This document shows positions 61,273 through 64,000 of a stretch of DNA of 64,000 nucleotides, piece after piece; the first letter of the stretch is position 1; the number at the start of each line of letters is the position of its first letter. This DNA comes from Octopus vulgaris. Lineage: Eukaryota. The DNA lies in the NCBI GenBank assembly GCA_951406725.2, contig OX597837.1:13454001-13518000 (forward strand), given 5' to 3'. The notes under the pieces are model-generated. The model did no database searches. It had not been told where the DNA came from and worked only from the letters and a program-made list of their open reading frames with translations. The position numbers and the translations under genes are program-made.

Positions 61273-61650
61273 ATAGGTGCAGGTATGACTGGGTTGTGAA
61301 GAAGTTCGCTTTGCAACCTTGTGGTGTTTCGATCCAGTCCCACTGCATAACACCTTGGGCAAATGTCTTTTACTATAGCCCCTGGCTGACCAACACCTTG
61401 TGAGTGAATTTGCTACATGGAAACTGTGAGGAAGCCTGTCAGTATGTGTGTGTGTGTTTATAGCCTCATCATCACCTGGCAACAAGTGTTGGTTTATTTA
61501 CACCCCTGTAACTTGGCAGTTTGGAAAAAGACCAGGCTTATAAAAAAAAAATCTTTCTTTTTAAATATGTACTTGGGGCTGTTTATTCAACTAAACCCTT
61601 TAAGCCAGTGCTCCAGCATGGCTGCAGTCCTATGACTAACAAATAAAAAG
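61273..61650 (+). mobile_element. Family B SINE, diverged
   Basis: ccagtcccactgcataacaccttgggcaaatgtctttt..gctccagcatggctgcagtc. Confidence 0.8.
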
Positions 61651-62522
61651 AAAGAGAAAACGGTAACAAGGTAATGATTTTAACAGATGCAAATATTTAC
61701 ACAAAGCCATCCCAGCATCTGCGTCCAACACCATTTCCATAGATTCCTGGCAGTTACCTTTTTGAGATGCAGGTATGGCCTTATGGCTAAGAAGCTTGCT
61801 TTCTGGTTCAGTCCCACTGTGCAGCATATTGAGCCCCTTGTTGACCCAAGTCTTGTGATTGGATCAGGTAGGCAGAAACTGAAAGAAGCCTGTCGCATAT
61901 ACATGTGTATGAGTAACTGTGTGGATGTATGTTTGTGTCTCCTTGTTTTGACACTGGGATAGTTGTAAACAAGTGCCACTTTCATACAAGCAGTGTCATT
62001 CAATTCCAACATTCTGTGAGAACATGTCTAGCCATGGGGAAATATTAGACAGGGAGGGTGGCTGGACATAGAAAATCTGCCTTAATTAAGGCCATCAGAC
62101 GCAAGCAAGCAAGGAAAATCAGACAGTAAGACAGTGCTGATGATGATATAGCCATAGGTGTAGTACTAAGTCTGCCCTGACACAATAGTGTGAAGCTTGG
62201 TCCGTTGCACAAACACTTGAGAAAACTGATTTCACAACTGAATGCTTTGCCTGTGAGACTTTACTGGTCACAGACAGAGGCCTAGAAAGCATTTAATTTC
62301 ATTTAGGTGAACAACAAAATGGCTTAAGAAAGATTTGAAACACGTCTGGTAGAGCTTGCTTTCAATCACATGGTTTCAGGTTCAGTCCCATTGTGTGACA
62401 CCTTGGACAAGTGTCTTCTACTATAGCCTGAGACCAACCAAGCCTTGTTAGTAGATTTTAAGTGACCTATAAACTTGTGTAGGTTTAAAATGTTTACCTT
62501 CTGTATAGTGGAAATTACTGTT

Positions 62523-62558
<36 letters not shown>

Positions 62559-62684
62559 TATGGTGCAGCCTTCTGGCTCACCAGCCCTCAGTCAAACCAT
62601 CCAACCCATGCCAGTATAGAAAGTGGACGTTAAATGACGATAATGATGATGACATACATATATATACATACACTATATTTTAAC

Positions 62685-62836
62685 ATTTTATAAAGAAGCC
62701 CCTAATTTCGGGGGCTTAAAATTTGGAAAAAAAGGTTTTGTAAGGAATTATAATACTATCCATGTATAAGAAACTCCCATATTTTTTAACCCAATTTTTG
62801 ACAAAAATGGGTTCCTTATACACGTTAAAATACAGT
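62685..62836. mobile_element. Possible pogo/Tc2-type DNA transposon end
   Basis: Repeated gtataaga..ccc..tttt motifs and an end cttatacacgttaaaatacagt. Confidence 0.4.
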
Positions 62837-62917
62837 TTATAAAAACAAAAGATGTTCATATTAAGTTGGATATAAAGATTATCTTTTGGTATTAACACTG
62901 CTTCCATCACTAAAAGT

Positions 62918-63200
62918 TTATATATATATAAAACTGAGAATGTGTGTCTGTATATGTGCATCACTAAAACTCAAGAAGTAGCCAACCGATTTCATTCAAA
63001 TTTTACACAAGCCTTACTTAGGGTCCATGCAGTGTCATTTTCAATTTCTTGCCTAATGCGAGCCTGGAGCAATCTCTTATCTCTTACACTATTTCAGTAT
63101 TACATGTCAAAAGTGAAACAATAGCATCTCTATTGTAATGTGAGATAATACTTTCAGTTTTAATAATTTAACTATTAATACTGAAACTACTAAAAGTGAA
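62918..63200 (+). mobile_element. Probable non-autonomous Helitron 5' part (different family)
   Basis: tatatataaaactgagaatgtgtgtctg..aaccgatttcattcaaattttacac, a layout typical of Helitron-N 5' ends; no CTAG end found. Confidence 0.45.
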
Positions 63201-63222
63201 ATTATTATCTCACATGTATACA

Positions 63223-63265
<43 letters not shown>

Positions 63266-64000
63266 TCATCGTTTAATGTCCGTTTTCCGTGCTAGCAGGG
63301 GTTGGACGGTTCGACTGGGGTCTGGGAAGCCAGGAGGCTGCACAATCATATGACCGAAACAAGTAAAAGAGTAAAAAGAGTATCTATATCTTCAGTGTGG
63401 TTTATTGTAAACTATTTTATTTTCTGATTGACTTGGTGCTAAGCAACCACAGCAACAACAACAACATCAGTGTAAACCATTAAAGAGAGAACAGAATCAA
63501 ATGAATGAACCGACAAAATTATCAACAAACAACCTGAACTGGAAACTCTGCCTCTAAATATCCTATTTCTTACAATATGATACTATCATATTTCATAATT
63601 TGTTGTGTGTTTTTGTGAGGTCATGCTGGTAGTGGGAGCATGAACCAATAAATGGAGAGAGAGAGAGAGGAGAGAGTGAGTGAGGGATAGTTGGAGACAT
63701 TAAATTTAACTGAGAAAACGGGAAAATTTTCAGTTTCAAATGAAACAATTCTTTTACTTTTCTGATCACACTTTAAAATCACGAAGTGAAAGTGGATTAT
63801 TTCATATTAAGCATCAGTGAAATTAAAATGAACGTTTAACTGATTTCTCTGTATATTAACAAAAAGCCAAATGATTTATTATGAAAGGTCCTCGTAACTT
63901 ATGGAATGAAAATGATTGTGATTTACCTCTATCTGTAATGGTCAAATTATTTTTACTAATATTAAAATATGAAAGCAATAATACGATGATTTATGCTTTG

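Overview
AT-rich, repeat-dominated eukaryotic DNA. The SINE, MITE and microsatellite content looks like a coleoid cephalopod, most likely Octopus (inference from pattern recognition, no database search). Two protein-coding exons are well supported. (1) A minus-strand exon at 1278-694 encodes a KRBA2/SCAND3-like protein with an integrase H2C2 zinc-binding motif; it ends at a GTAAGT donor, so the gene probably continues left of the window. (2) A plus-strand first coding exon at 61103-61159 (MFWKFNLASTHIDSLLEKE), too short for the ORF track, matches the N-terminus of the PP6 regulatory subunit (PPP6R/SAPS). Almost all other listed ORFs are repeat or microsatellite artefacts. The rest is a layered transposon landscape: at least four SINE families, RTE, CR1, Jockey-like and Penelope relics, non-autonomous Helitrons plus a Helitron Rep relic, piggyBac, hAT and Tigger-type MITEs, foldback palindromes and an element sitting inside a (TTA)n tract. 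The most notable non-coding signals are several minimal type-I hammerhead ribozyme cores of the Penelope kind (two with intact catalytic cores and enlarged stem-loop II), variable-number double-hairpin arrays in a (GAT)n-tailed retroposon, a twin-priming-like inverted RTE, and many closely spaced inverted repeats that could form dsRNA. Coordinates were counted by eye and may be off by a few bases, more for degenerate relics.
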